Positions 1 to 10,132 of a DNA stretch of 38,480 bases are shown piece after piece. The position numbers and the translations under genes were made by a program. Origin of the DNA: a virus (Duplodnaviria > Caudoviricetes); IMG/VR virus record IMGVR_UViG_3300045996_001293, positions 1 to 38,480 of that record. The stretch is one strand, 5' to 3'. The notes below the pieces were generated by a model that was not told the DNA's origin, did no database searches, and was given only the letters and a program-made list of their open reading frames with translations. Positions within the stretch are counted from its first letter, which is position 1, and the number at the start of each line of letters is the position of its first letter.

Positions 1-11
1 CCTTTGCTCAT
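1..11 (-). CDS. Probable start of a downstream gene running off the window (MSK...), possibly a lysis gene
   Basis: ATG at 9-11 overlaps the TGA (8-10) of the upstream membrane protein gene, the same ATGA coupling used across the window; only 3 codons are visible. Confidence 0.3.
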
Positions 12-292
12 GAGGGCTTGACCGCGTCCCGGCCCTCCCGGAAGAGGGCCAGCCCTTCCTTGGCGGCGGGGAGCACCCGGCCCCGGAAGCTGGGCACCGC
101 CAGGACGCCCGTGACGAGCACGGCGGCCCAGATGCCAATGCTCCAGGCGCTCCGCTCGGGGCGGGCGAGCTCGGCCTCCAGATGGCCGTGGGCCCACCAG
201 ATGATGAACCCGCCCACGAGCAGGTCGAGGAGGAGCTTGAGGACCCGGTCCGGGTCCACCTTGAGGGCGAGGAACTCCTGCCAGGACGTCAT
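8..292 (-). CDS. Small membrane protein with two hydrophobic helices, holin-like
   Basis: 94 aa; hydrophobic segments LLLDLLVGGFIIWWA and WSIGIWAAVLVTGVLAV, charged C-terminus; follows the tail module; ATGA-coupled. Confidence 0.6.
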   Translation of the reverse strand: MTSWQEFLALKVDPDRVLKLLLDLLVGGFIIWWAHGHLEAELARPERSAWSIGIWAAVLVTGVLAVPSFRGRVLPAAKEGLALFREGRDAVKPS

Positions 293-735
293 GTGATGGG
301 GGGTTGGTAGCCGCGCTGCGCCGCGAGGAACCCGGCTATGTGGGCTACGGATTGGGCGGTGGCGCTGGCCTCTTTCTGGAGCTCGCGGAACGAGCGGTCT
401 GTGTTGTCGGCAATTCGTTCGACGGCGTGGGTCTGCTTCTCCAGCCCGTTGGTGAGCGTATGGACCAAGGCGTTGCCCTGTTCCTTCAGCGCGGCCTCGA
501 ACGCAATGAGTGAATCAGTGTTGGCGCCGGTCTGCTCCACGGCGGCGTCATACACGGCCACGCGGTCCTTGTACATGGTGTCCACCTGGGTCTTGAGGTC
601 GGACTCCGCCAGCCGCATGCCGAGGGCCCACAGGCCCCGGAGCAGGGACTTCCAGGTGAACGCGGCGGCAGTGAGCGCCCCGGCCAAGAGGAGCGGCCAC
701 AGGGCTGCCGTGGGTATAGGGATAGTGGCTTGCAT
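289..735 (-). CDS. Membrane-anchored coiled-coil protein, lysis module (holin/antiholin-like)
   Basis: 148 aa; N-terminal hydrophobic helix then a heptad-like helical region; position after tail tip genes. Confidence 0.55.
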   Translation of the reverse strand: MQATIPIPTAALWPLLLAGALTAAAFTWKSLLRGLWALGMRLAESDLKTQVDTMYKDRVAVYDAAVEQTGANTDSLIAFEAALKEQGNALVHTLTNGLEKQTHAVERIADNTDRSFRELQKEASATAQSVAHIAGFLAAQRGYQPPIT

Positions 736-795
736 ACGCGGGGGGTTCCGGGGAGGAAGCCCCAGAGTCGCGCGGACGCTCGACTTGCCCTAGCG

Positions 796-1527
796 TTAGA
801 TGATTTGCGCAGAGCCGTTGGTCGCCCGGGGGCGGAAATACAAGAGCGCCTGCAACGTGAGTTTGCTCGTCGTGACGCGGGCCGGTTCGGCCCCCACGAG
901 GGCGTCCAGTTTGAGCTTGCTAACCATCAGCCCGTTCGGGATGCCGCCCACGAGGGCGTCCAGTTTGAGCTTGGAGACGGTGATCGCGTTGTCCCATCCA
1001 CCGATTAGTGCCGTGGACTGGAGCTTGTAGACGTTGAATGTGGTGGGGGTGAACGGCCCGGTGAACACGCGGGTCTGGCCGAGCGTCCAGGTGTATCCGG
1101 AGTATTCCGCCGAGTGATTGTACCACCGGGCTCCCAAATCGGCGGGGTCGTCGGTGGTCCGTTGCAGGACAAAGCGGTTGGGTCCCTGATCCGTACAGCA
1201 ATCTGACCGCTGCCCCAAGAAGAACTCTTCCACCTCAACGTTGGCACCAACACCGTAATCTCGACCGAGCCACGCGCCATACGCACCATACATAGTGCCT
1301 TGGCCGTTCATCAGGACGGCCCACCGGGTGGTCAACAGCCCATCAAACGCATTGGACGCCGCGTGCCCGGTGGTCCCGATTGTGGCGTCCGCTTGGCCCG
1401 AGTAGATAGCAACGCCGCCGTTCTGGGCGGCGCCTCCTGCCGTGGCCCGGAGCTCGAGCTCGCCGATCGACACAGCCGTGGACCCGTTGACCGAGCGAAC
1501 AAAGATGCGGTAGGCGCGTGCCCCCAT
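796..1527 (-). CDS. Minor tail protein with discoidin (F5/8 type C)-like carbohydrate-binding domain
   Basis: YRIFV..IGELEL, AASNAFDG..TRW, WLGRDYG, P..F.LQ motifs; C-terminal triple repeat SKL(K/T)L(D/Q)AL. Confidence 0.65.
   Translation of the reverse strand: MGARAYRIFVRSVNGSTAVSIGELELRATAGGAAQNGGVAIYSGQADATIGTTGHAASNAFDGLLTTRWAVLMNGQGTMYGAYGAWLGRDYGVGANVEVEEFFLGQRSDCCTDQGPNRFVLQRTTDDPADLGARWYNHSAEYSGYTWTLGQTRVFTGPFTPTTFNVYKLQSTALIGGWDNAITVSKLKLDALVGGIPNGLMVSKLKLDALVGAEPARVTTSKLTLQALLYFRPRATNGSAQII
893..973. repeat. 27-bp perfect direct repeat (893-919 and 947-973, period 54) encoding SKLKLDALVG
   Basis: cccacgagggcgtccagtttgagcttg occurs twice; a third, degenerate copy is seen at protein level (SKLTLQALL). 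Confidence 0.9.
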
Positions 1528-1530
1528 GGG

Positions 1531-2574
1531 TTACGCGGCCTCGCAGCCGACTTCTGCCGCGTTGTACTCGGCAATGGTCCAGGGGAGGCCGGTCGCCGGA
1601 TTCAGCTCCCAGATATACATGACCGTGACAAAGCCGATGCCGCTGATAGGGATGGAGGGCGAGTAGTAATTGGTGCCACTCACGCGCACGAATAGCTTCA
1701 CATCGTTCGGCCCGGTCGAGCCGCACCGCACATCTGCGGCGGCCCGCACCGCCATGATGGGCGCCGTGGCCGCCGTGCCGGCCAAGTCGGCAACCGTGCC
1801 GGAGAACCCGTCCCCGGCTGTGTCCAGAGTGAGCCCGTTCGCCCGGTTGAGCGTCGTTTCGTTCACATCCGTATAGACGCCCGAGTCCTGCCCAGCCACG
1901 GCGCCTGCCCCGTTGATCGCCGGGTTCACCACCTGCAGCCCATACGGTTGATAGTCCACCGTCGTGAGCAGATGCATGGCCCAGTAGTAGTCACCACCCC
2001 CGAAGCCGGTGTCGTTGCTCCAGCCCCAGAAGTCCACGACCTCAATCGTGCTCACGCCGATGAGCTTCGTGTCGCCGGTCATGGAGGCGAGCAATATGCC
2101 GTCGCGATACCACTTCAGCACCCCGGTGGTGTCGTGAATGTCCACCTCGAGCGTATGGAAGTGGACGCCAGCGGGCTCTGTTTGCGTGACGCCCACCGCC
2201 ACCCACGTGGGCGACCCCGGCGTGCTGCTCGTGTTGTACTGCAGGGTCATGTTCCGGGTCGCGGTCACGTGACAGATCCGGAACACCTCCAGCCCGGAGG
2301 TGAGGTTCTTGAAGACCAGCCACTTCAACGTGTGCGTGTTGAAGCTCCCGACGTCGCCGCAGTTGGCCAGGAATTGCAGCCGGAATGACGCCAACGCCGC
2401 ACCGCCCCACTTCTGGTCCGTGAAGTAGATGCTGTGGCTCGGTGTCAGATAGGCCGCGTTGCTGTAGATGGCCGTCTTTACCAGCGCCGTATCCATACCA
2501 TGGCCCGACGTGACGACGGTGCCACCAATCAGCGAGACGTCGATGTCGTCATTGCCGTAGCCGATGATACCCAT
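1531..2574 (-). CDS. Minor tail / receptor-binding protein, lectin (ConA/LamG)-like beta-sandwich
   Basis: 347 aa, beta-rich; HTLEVDI..GVLKWYRDG segment; C-terminal WELNPATGLPWT motif typical of tail tip proteins; tail module position. Confidence 0.6.
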   Translation of the reverse strand: MGIIGYGNDDIDVSLIGGTVVTSGHGMDTALVKTAIYSNAAYLTPSHSIYFTDQKWGGAALASFRLQFLANCGDVGSFNTHTLKWLVFKNLTSGLEVFRICHVTATRNMTLQYNTSSTPGSPTWVAVGVTQTEPAGVHFHTLEVDIHDTTGVLKWYRDGILLASMTGDTKLIGVSTIEVVDFWGWSNDTGFGGGDYYWAMHLLTTVDYQPYGLQVVNPAINGAGAVAGQDSGVYTDVNETTLNRANGLTLDTAGDGFSGTVADLAGTAATAPIMAVRAAADVRCGSTGPNDVKLFVRVSGTNYYSPSIPISGIGFVTVMYIWELNPATGLPWTIAEYNAAEVGCEAA

Positions 2575-2575
2575 G

Positions 2576-4957
2576 TTATGTCTCTACGGTGAGGGTGAAC
2601 ACCAGCGAAGTGATGGCGTTGGGGTTGGTCAACGTCTCCAGTGTGACGACGATTTCGTCGTTTTCCAGACACGCCTTGTTCGCCCATGCTGCTGCGGAGC
2701 CGCTGGCTTCAGACACGCCAGACAGGGTGAGCGTTCCACCCCCAAGATCCACCAACGCCCCACCTGCCTCCTCCACCTTCTTGACCGTGAAGGTAGCGTC
2801 GAGCGTGGCTTGTGAGCGGTCGGCCTTGAGGGCCCGAACCTTCCAGCGCGCAGCCGTGAAGTCAAACCCCGGCATCAGCGCCAACCAATCCCCCGCCGCG
2901 CCCATGGTCGCCCCGTTCCCAAACGGGAACACCAGGCTCCGTTCGGTGCTGGGGGCCACGGGGGCTTCGGGGAGCCAGTTGGTCCCGTCGAACACCAAGA
3001 TGTCCCCCGCCGCTGCGCCTCCTGGCAGGAGCTGGGTGGTCGGGTTGACCATCCCGTCCACCGTGGCAATGACCACCGGCGCCCCGGCGCTCCCCGTGGG
3101 GAGTCCCGCCACCAAGGGTCCCGTGTAGGGCGTGAGCCGGGCATAGAGCTTCAGGCCGAAGTCCGCCACAGGGACAAAGTCCGAGTAGGTGAGGACATCC
3201 GCGGGCAGCACGAACTGGTAGTACGTGGGGAACGGGGTGTAGTTGCTCGTGGCGAACGTGGGGTCCGCGGAGATTTCAATCTTGAGCGACTCCGCAAACG
3301 GACCTTTGGTCACGATGAGGTCGAACGTGGTGCCGGCGTTGGCGAGTGTGATGTTGGGGCTCGTGATCACCGGGACCAGCGCGGGCGTGTACACCACCCG
3401 CACGAGGGGCGTTCCCATCACTCCCCCCAGCGCGGGCCCGCTGTACGGCGTGGCCTGCACGTAGAACGTCTTGTCGCGCTGGGCGGTGGAGAGCGGAACC
3501 AGGTTCGCAAAATCTACCGTCCCATACGGGAGCGTGGTCGTGGTGTCGGAAATGCTGGTGGCGAAGGTGGGGTCTTCTGAGATGCGGACCCGCACGGAGC
3601 GCGTCTGCTTGTTCACGGTGCCGGCATACTGGATGCCCGCAAGCCGGGCCAGCCCCGTGTTCAGTTCCTGGAAGCTCGCCGACAGGTCCACAATTGAGGC
3701 GACCGAGCCCGAGCCCCCGCGCCCGAGGTCAATCCACGTCTGGTACCGCAGGGACGGCTGGCCGCGCATCCCGAGCTTGGTCTTGAGGACGTGGTTTTCC
3801 CAACGCTTGGTGTACGTCTGGATGGCCCCATACTGGTCATCGTCGAAGACCTGATAGTCCGGGGTCAGCTTGACATAGTCCCGCAGCTTGACCCACCACA
3901 GGCCAGGCACCGTGAGTTCGTACTCCACCGTGGGGAACTGCACATCGCTGAGCACCCGATCCGCAAAGTCCCCTGCCGGGGTGTCTGCCGTGACCTGGGT
4001 CTCCGCCGACAGGTCAATGTCCAGAATGCGGACACCATACCGGGTGCTCGCCACGCTGGGGAGCACCGTGGGGCGCTGGATGGTCGTGCGTCCCCCGGTG
4101 GTGCTCTCGTAGGTGAGCCGCACCACGGTGCGGACGCTTTCCAGCTTGGTGGCGACGGTCGGCAGGTCGGTGACCGTGTACGCCTCAATGGTGTAGTCCG
4201 GGCCGACGGGGGTCAGGTTAGGCTTTGTAATACGGACGTCAAACTCCCCGTCGATGGCCCCGGGCAACACCTCGAGGAGGCACGAGGCTTTGTCGGCGGC
4301 GGCGGCCATGGCGGGCCACAGGTTCCCCCGCGCGACTTGATGGAGCACCATGTCGAACAGCGCGGGGTCGTCCTCCACCACAGTGTACCCGCCCGGGCCC
4401 CAGTCGTCCAGCATCTGCTGGAGGACCGTCGCCAGCGGGACGGGGACCGCATCATTGCCATAGAACGTGGGGTCGGTGATGGTGGCGTCCATGAGCTCAC
4501 CCTCGAGCCCGCGCCCCACGAGGTTGATGGTGTTGGCCGGGAGGTTGACGAGAATCTCGTCCACAATGCCCCGCCCCATTTCCACGTAGTTGGTGTCGTC
4601 GGGAACCATTCCTGTGAGCATCACGACCTGGTCTACCATCCAGTACCGGCGCACATCCAGGAACGGGGCCCATACGCCCGTACTGTCCGCGTTGAGCGGG
4701 GAGTTGAAGCGATACGGGCTCAGGGACAGCGTACCGTGTTGCCGCGCCACCAGTGCGGTGAAGGCGTAGGTGTGCGCGTCCACGTGATGGGAGAGTTCAG
4801 CAGCAATCTGGAAGTCGTGCGGTCCCCCCAGGTCGCTGGCCAGCATGCCCACGAACACCCAGTCCCCGTTCGGGTCTGTGAGCCACAACCGTTGGAAACA
4901 GGAGAACACTCCCGATTCCACCAGCTCACGATCGGCGGTGGTGAAGGTGTACGGCAT
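2576..4957 (-). CDS. Tail tip/hub protein with two Fn3-like repeats and a C-terminal fibre-like domain
   Basis: 793 aa; second gene after the tape measure; repeated segments ISEDPTFATS..YVQATPYSGP and ISADPTFATS..YARLTPYTGP; GDILVFDGTNWLP motif. Confidence 0.7.
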   Translation of the reverse strand: MPYTFTTADRELVESGVFSCFQRLWLTDPNGDWVFVGMLASDLGGPHDFQIAAELSHHVDAHTYAFTALVARQHGTLSLSPYRFNSPLNADSTGVWAPFLDVRRYWMVDQVVMLTGMVPDDTNYVEMGRGIVDEILVNLPANTINLVGRGLEGELMDATITDPTFYGNDAVPVPLATVLQQMLDDWGPGGYTVVEDDPALFDMVLHQVARGNLWPAMAAAADKASCLLEVLPGAIDGEFDVRITKPNLTPVGPDYTIEAYTVTDLPTVATKLESVRTVVRLTYESTTGGRTTIQRPTVLPSVASTRYGVRILDIDLSAETQVTADTPAGDFADRVLSDVQFPTVEYELTVPGLWWVKLRDYVKLTPDYQVFDDDQYGAIQTYTKRWENHVLKTKLGMRGQPSLRYQTWIDLGRGGSGSVASIVDLSASFQELNTGLARLAGIQYAGTVNKQTRSVRVRISEDPTFATSISDTTTTLPYGTVDFANLVPLSTAQRDKTFYVQATPYSGPALGGVMGTPLVRVVYTPALVPVITSPNITLANAGTTFDLIVTKGPFAESLKIEISADPTFATSNYTPFPTYYQFVLPADVLTYSDFVPVADFGLKLYARLTPYTGPLVAGLPTGSAGAPVVIATVDGMVNPTTQLLPGGAAAGDILVFDGTNWLPEAPVAPSTERSLVFPFGNGATMGAAGDWLALMPGFDFTAARWKVRALKADRSQATLDATFTVKKVEEAGGALVDLGGGTLTLSGVSEASGSAAAWANKACLENDEIVVTLETLTNPNAITSLVFTLTVET

Positions 4958-5917
4958 TTAGAGCGAGGCTATGTCGCCGGAAATGAGCAGCACCGGATCC
5001 TGTCGGGGACCGGGCACGCTGCCGTGGTAGAAAAACTGTCGGGTGGCGTCGTCCGTTTGGCCGCACTTCAAGGCAAGGCGGGACCACAACTCAATGTACA
5101 GTCGGTCCCCAGCTTGCAATTGGAAGTTCAACGGCGAGGGGAACTCCATGACAACGGTGGACCAACCCAGGCCTCCCAAGGTGCCGTAGTACCCCGTCTC
5201 CCATGGGCCCAATACGTTAGCCCCGCCGCGCCGCAGGTACAGCAGGGCTTTGGTGGACTGAAGTTCCCAGGTGGTGGCCGTTCCCCCGCCGCTGTCCGTT
5301 TCAAAACGAATCGAGGGGGTTCCTACCACGTATCCCGCTGCGAGCTCAACGGACAACCACTTGGCCTCGGGAGTGGCCGAAAACACGGTCGCCGGTACAC
5401 CGGGGCACGCGGCAGTGGGCGGCACCAATGTCGTGCCCACGCTGACTCCGCTGGAGGAGTCTCCCGGGTAGCTACCATCGGGGGTGGACACCAAAGCACC
5501 CCCCATATCGGGAGACGCCACACTGCTGAGCAAGAACTCAAAGGCGCCCGGCACGGCGCTCAGGGGGTCCGGGCATTCGGTCATGTCGATACTGAGCTCC
5601 CAACTGATGAGCCCCTGCATGATCTTCCCCTCGATGACGGCCGACACGTAGATGGGGGTGAGCCCGTTGTCGAACGCCTCGCTGGAGCATAGCACCTTGG
5701 CCCTGTTCGCGAAGGTGGCCCGAATCAGGGTGCTCGTGGTGTTGTCCAGCTCTGTGGTGATGACCCGGGCCCGGATGCGCTCGCCCACCACAGCGTTGAT
5801 CTCGTTGCCGAGGATGGACTGGGCGATTTCGCCAATCTCTATGGGGGCGAGCTTGACAGCCTCTCGGCAGTCTACCGCAATGTCCAGGGTCCCTACCCCG
5901 ATGGTGAGGATGCTCAT
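4958..5917 (-). CDS. Distal tail (Dit)-like protein with C-terminal extension
   Basis: 319 aa, immediately downstream of and overlapping the tape measure stop; call is mainly positional. Confidence 0.55.
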   Translation of the reverse strand: MSILTIGVGTLDIAVDCREAVKLAPIEIGEIAQSILGNEINAVVGERIRARVITTELDNTTSTLIRATFANRAKVLCSSEAFDNGLTPIYVSAVIEGKIMQGLISWELSIDMTECPDPLSAVPGAFEFLLSSVASPDMGGALVSTPDGSYPGDSSSGVSVGTTLVPPTAACPGVPATVFSATPEAKWLSVELAAGYVVGTPSIRFETDSGGGTATTWELQSTKALLYLRRGGANVLGPWETGYYGTLGGLGWSTVVMEFPSPLNFQLQAGDRLYIELWSRLALKCGQTDDATRQFFYHGSVPGPRQDPVLLISGDIASL

Positions 5918-8900
5918 AGCCGGTCCAGAACCTTGCTCAGCTCGACCGCCCGCCCGGTGCGGGTGCCCGCCTTGCGCTTGAGGATGGTGATGAACCCGTC
6001 AAACAACGCCTCGGGGTTCGGCGGCGTGGTGGGGAAGTGGAAGTTGGCGTCCCCGTCCCAATGGAAGACGTTGATGGCGTCCTCGTCCTTGGGAGCGGGG
6101 GCGAGCGTTTGCTGAACCGCCGCAGGTGGGGCGAAGGTGACTTGCTGAATCGGCGGCGGCGCCGCTGTGGTGGGAGCTGGGGCGTAGGTGGTGCTGGGGC
6201 GACTGGGCGGCGTGAGCTGGTCGGGCGACCACCCAGCGCTCCCGGGGGTGGCCCCACGCTGATAGGCCACGCCGAACATGCCGATGTAGTCCTGCACCTT
6301 GAAGCCGGCAGGACCGTTCCGTACCGTGGTGGCAAAGCCCGTGAGCGCGCCGGTCGCCAGGTCGATGGCGAACTTGTGGCGCTCGGCGGCCTGCGCGAGC
6401 TCGAGCTCGGTCTGCGCTCGGCGCTCGTCCGCGTCCACCTCGTCGCCAAAGGACTTCTTGAGGTCCTCCAGTTCGCGGCGCTGGCTATTGGCGAACGACT
6501 CCTTGGCCGCGTCCACGTTCTTCCCGCTGGCCGACAAGTACCGGACCCGGTAATCCTCCGTGGTGCGCTTGAGTTCAAGCTGGACCGCCTCCTTGAGCTG
6601 GGAGATGCGCTTGTCCATGAGCTCGCCCATTTCCTTCAGTGCGGCGTTCCGGTTGGCCACCTGCTGGCTATGCCGGCCCCCGCCCTGATAGGCGTTCTCA
6701 ATGGCCTTCCGCATTTCCTCGCGCTCGCGGTTGATCTGCGCGATGCTGGCGCCCGTCTGGTCGCCCTTGACGGAGGACCGGAGCCCCTCCATGGAGAGCT
6801 TGAGCTCCTTCTGCGCTTCGGCCATCTGCTTGGCCGCTTCCTTGGCGGCCTTGCCCACGCCGATGATGCCGCCAATGAAGCCCGCCACGCCGCCAATGAT
6901 GGCGCCGGGGACCCCGCCCACGCTGGCGCCCGCCATCGCCCCGGCGGCGGCGCCGCCAAGGGCCCCGCGCACGTAGTTGCCCGCCATGCCGTGCTTGGGG
7001 CTATACAGCGCCGAGCCGGTGGTGTAGCCTGCGGCCAGTCCCATGACCCCGCTCCCAATGCGCCCGCCCCACACGCCGAGCTTGGGGTCGCTGCTTGGGG
7101 CGAAGCCGAACCCGTCTTCCGCCCGGGGCACCGCGTCCTTGGTGGGTACGCCGTTCATTGCCCCCTTGGGGAGGCGGAGCGAATCCACGCTGCCGAACAG
7201 CCGCTTCATGAGCTGGTCGCTCGCGAGCTCGGCAGCCCAATCCAGGAACTTGCCCCGGAGCCGGTCCAGCATCTGACCGAAGATGTCGGCTCCGCCGTTC
7301 GCAATCTGGGTGAAGATGGCCACGAACTCCTGCTTCACCTCTGACGCCATGCGCTTGTATTCCTGGACCGCCTCCCGGCGCTTCTGCTCCTCGGCCCGCT
7401 CGAGTTGGGTCTGGGCCTGCTTCTCCTTCTCCTTCTGGTCCTTGACGGCGCTGTCGCCGATCTCAGCGTTGTAGAGCCGGTTGGCCGCTGCAATCGTCGC
7501 TGCGCGAGCGGCAGGATCCGCGATCTTCTCAGCCCCGCGCACAGCCTGCAGGTATTTCTCAGCAGCGGCAGCATCCTCGGTGGCCTGCGTGCCTATCCGA
7601 CGGGCTGCCGTCAGCGCTTCCTGCCGCTCGGCGGCGGCGGTGATGGCGTTGACGTTGCTGTACTGGGTCGTGAGCTTGGTCCACGAGCTGGACATTTCCG
7701 CCACGGCCACGAGCTCATTCCGCAGGGACTCATAATACGCCTGCGTGGTGGTGAGCGCCTTGGTCTTGGCATCGTGGGTCTGGTCGAACGCCTGCTTCTC
7801 GGCGGCCTTGCGGGCCACCAGGAGCTGGATTGCTTCCGTCTCCTTGGTGTAGGCGTCGGCGCCCTGCTTGGCGGCAGCCAGCAGGCGGCCCGCGTACCCG
7901 AGCTCGTCCGCCCGGGCCTTGGCCCCTTCCTCCCGCGCCTTGGTCTGCTGCTTGATTTCCTCGGTGAGGCGCTTGCGCTCAGACTCCGCCTCGCTGGCCG
8001 TCTTGTTGGCCTCCTCGTGGGCCCGGGCCTGTCCGGTAATCTGCTCAGCGAGGTACTTGGCGGCCACCGCCGCGTCGTGCGCGGCCCCCTTCTCCTGCTT
8101 CAACGCATCCGCGTAGGTGAGGGAGGCCGCTGCCACGAGCCCCTGCTCCTTGAGGAGCTTGACGTAGAAGTCCTGCGCCTTGTCCTCGGTGGCGTAGCGG
8201 TCCTCCACGCGCTTTTCGGCCTTGGCGCCCCCGGTGCGTAGGGCGTAGGTCTTGTTCTGCTGACGAACCAGGTTGTCCAGCTCGGGCCCCACGCCCGCCA
8301 GTCCGCCATAGGCGCGCGTCATGCGGTCCGCCGTGGCGGCGACCTGGGCGTTCTCGATGCTTATGTCGTTCAGCTTCTTCTGCATCCCCTCCAACACGCC
8401 GGTGGTGCGCAGCACCTCCTGGGCGAACCGCTGGAGCATGGGGTGCTCGGACCCGAACTTGATCACCTCGGCGTTGTATTCCTTGACGGAGATTTTGCCG
8501 TGCTCGAACTGGGTGTTGAGTCCCCGGAGCATTTCATTGAACTTCCGGACTTCGGCCATGCGGAAGTTGGCCACCTTGGGATCCACGGCCTCGGCCAGAT
8601 CTGCTCCCCACTGGCGGAGCACTCGCTTCATCTCCTGGAAGTCTGCCCCGCCCACCCAGTCCGACGGCTTGTAGCTCATCAGGGTGGGCTTCTTGGTGCT
8701 GAAGTTCTTCAGGACTTTGTCGGTCTCCTCCCGGAGCTCCTTGATCTCCTTGGTGGGCGCGTCCAGCTTGAGCGTGCTGAGGGTGCCCAGCGCCTTATGG
8801 AGCTCGGTGGTATTGTGGAGGGACGCCTTGGCGGATTCATTGTACTTGTACTGCGCCTCCGCTGCGGCGTTGGTCGGGCCCTGAACGCCCTTCCACACCA

Positions 8901-9783
8901 TGCCCAGCCCCGCCACCACCGCCACCATCCCCAACATCATGGGGAGGCTCATGCCGAGCAGCCCCACGGTGGAGGTGATACGCCCCACGAGCGGGGGAAT
9001 GCCAATCATGGACGACGCGGCCGACACCAGGGACTCGCGCATTTCGCCCAGCCGCATGCCGCTGCCCCGCGCGGAGCGCCCCATGCGGTCATGGCTGAGG
9101 GCGAGCTTGTCCAACTCTCCGCTCAGTTGGCGCGCCTGCTGGATAGGCGCCATGTTCCCCGCGCCTGCCGGACGGGTGAAGATGGGGGAGGAACCGATCT
9201 TGTTCTGAAGCTCGGCCTTGTAGAACTCGGCCATCTGGCGGGCTGCCGCTTGGGCGCCCTTCTTATCCACGAGCCCGTCCTGCAGGGCCTTGTTCAACGC
9301 GCCCTTGCTCCCCTCGACCCGGGCCTTCAGGTCGGCGAGGTAGTTCTTGGCGGTGTCGCCCTTGAGGAGCTTCTCCTGGAGCTGGGCCGTCTTCTCCTGC
9401 TCGGCCCGGACAGCGGCCTCCTGGGCCTTGGCCTTGTCGCGGACCTTCTGGCGGTCCTCCTCCAGCTTGGCCTCGCGGGTGAGCGCCTGATCCATGAGGC
9501 GCCGGGCTTCCATCTGCTCCTGGGACGCGCCTCGAGCCCCGCTCGCGGCGTCGCGCTGGGCGGACATCTTGGCCTGGATGGCCCGGAGCTCGGCCTCCTG
9601 GGCCGCCTTGATTTCGTCACTGGCCCCCACGACCGTGCGTGCCGTCTTCTTGGCCGCCTGCTCAATCTCCTCGAGGGAGCGGACATACATCTTGCCCGCA
9701 CTGGAGGCTTCAGCCGTGTCAAACCCAAGGCTGAGTTGGACCTGCTCACCCCCACCACCGCTGCTGGCTGATTCGTCGGCCAT
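5914..9783 (-). CDS. Tape measure protein
   Basis: 1289 aa, Ala/Lys/Glu-rich helical sequence with Gly-rich hydrophobic stretches; follows the tail chaperone pair. Confidence 0.92.
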   Translation of the reverse strand: MADESASSGGGGEQVQLSLGFDTAEASSAGKMYVRSLEEIEQAAKKTARTVVGASDEIKAAQEAELRAIQAKMSAQRDAASGARGASQEQMEARRLMDQALTREAKLEEDRQKVRDKAKAQEAAVRAEQEKTAQLQEKLLKGDTAKNYLADLKARVEGSKGALNKALQDGLVDKKGAQAAARQMAEFYKAELQNKIGSSPIFTRPAGAGNMAPIQQARQLSGELDKLALSHDRMGRSARGSGMRLGEMRESLVSAASSMIGIPPLVGRITSTVGLLGMSLPMMLGMVAVVAGLGMVWKGVQGPTNAAAEAQYKYNESAKASLHNTTELHKALGTLSTLKLDAPTKEIKELREETDKVLKNFSTKKPTLMSYKPSDWVGGADFQEMKRVLRQWGADLAEAVDPKVANFRMAEVRKFNEMLRGLNTQFEHGKISVKEYNAEVIKFGSEHPMLQRFAQEVLRTTGVLEGMQKKLNDISIENAQVAATADRMTRAYGGLAGVGPELDNLVRQQNKTYALRTGGAKAEKRVEDRYATEDKAQDFYVKLLKEQGLVAAASLTYADALKQEKGAAHDAAVAAKYLAEQITGQARAHEEANKTASEAESERKRLTEEIKQQTKAREEGAKARADELGYAGRLLAAAKQGADAYTKETEAIQLLVARKAAEKQAFDQTHDAKTKALTTTQAYYESLRNELVAVAEMSSSWTKLTTQYSNVNAITAAAERQEALTAARRIGTQATEDAAAAEKYLQAVRGAEKIADPAARAATIAAANRLYNAEIGDSAVKDQKEKEKQAQTQLERAEEQKRREAVQEYKRMASEVKQEFVAIFTQIANGGADIFGQMLDRLRGKFLDWAAELASDQLMKRLFGSVDSLRLPKGAMNGVPTKDAVPRAEDGFGFAPSSDPKLGVWGGRIGSGVMGLAAGYTTGSALYSPKHGMAGNYVRGALGGAAAGAMAGASVGGVPGAIIGGVAGFIGGIIGVGKAAKEAAKQMAEAQKELKLSMEGLRSSVKGDQTGASIAQINREREEMRKAIENAYQGGGRHSQQVANRNAALKEMGELMDKRISQLKEAVQLELKRTTEDYRVRYLSASGKNVDAAKESFANSQRRELEDLKKSFGDEVDADERRAQTELELAQAAERHKFAIDLATGALTGFATTVRNGPAGFKVQDYIGMFGVAYQRGATPGSAGWSPDQLTPPSRPSTTYAPAPTTAAPPPIQQVTFAPPAAVQQTLAPAPKDEDAINVFHWDGDANFHFPTTPPNPEALFDGFITILKRKAGTRTGRAVELSKVLDRL

Positions 9784-9787
9784 GGTT

Positions 9788-10132
9788 CTACTTTTTGGTG
9801 GGGGTGTTGAGCTTGAGGAATTCCTCGTCTAGCACGTCCAGTAGCTGGAGAAACTCGTCTAGGTCCTCCGGTTTGACCAAGCCCAGGTCCTTGGCGCGTT
9901 GACTGATTTCCGCGTAGGCCAGTGCGCGGGGGAAGGTGCCGGCCATGGTGACGTCCCACGCTCGGCGCTTACTCAGCACCTGGAACGACTTCCATGCCTC
10001 GCGACAGCAGGGGAGCAACTCGGGACCCACGAGATCCCGAGTTGACTGTTTCAGCTCCAGGGCCGCTGCCAGGAGCCCCTTCTGCTTCCCCTTTAGCTTG
10101 TGCTGGTGTCGGAGGACGGCAGTGAGTTTCCC
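9788..10132 (-). CDS. Tail assembly chaperone C-terminal extension (gpGT-like), expressed by -1 frameshift
   Basis: The -1 frame is open from the GGGAAAC site (KLTAVLRHQHKLKGKQKGLLAAALELKQSTRDLV) into the listed ORF 9788..10030. Confidence 0.8.
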   Translation of the reverse strand, partial: GKLTAVLRHQHKLKGKQKGLLAAALELKQSTRDLVGPELLPCCREAWKSFQVLSKRRAWDVTMAGTFPRALAYAEISQRAKDLGLVKPEDLDEFLQLLDVLDEEFLKLNTPTKK

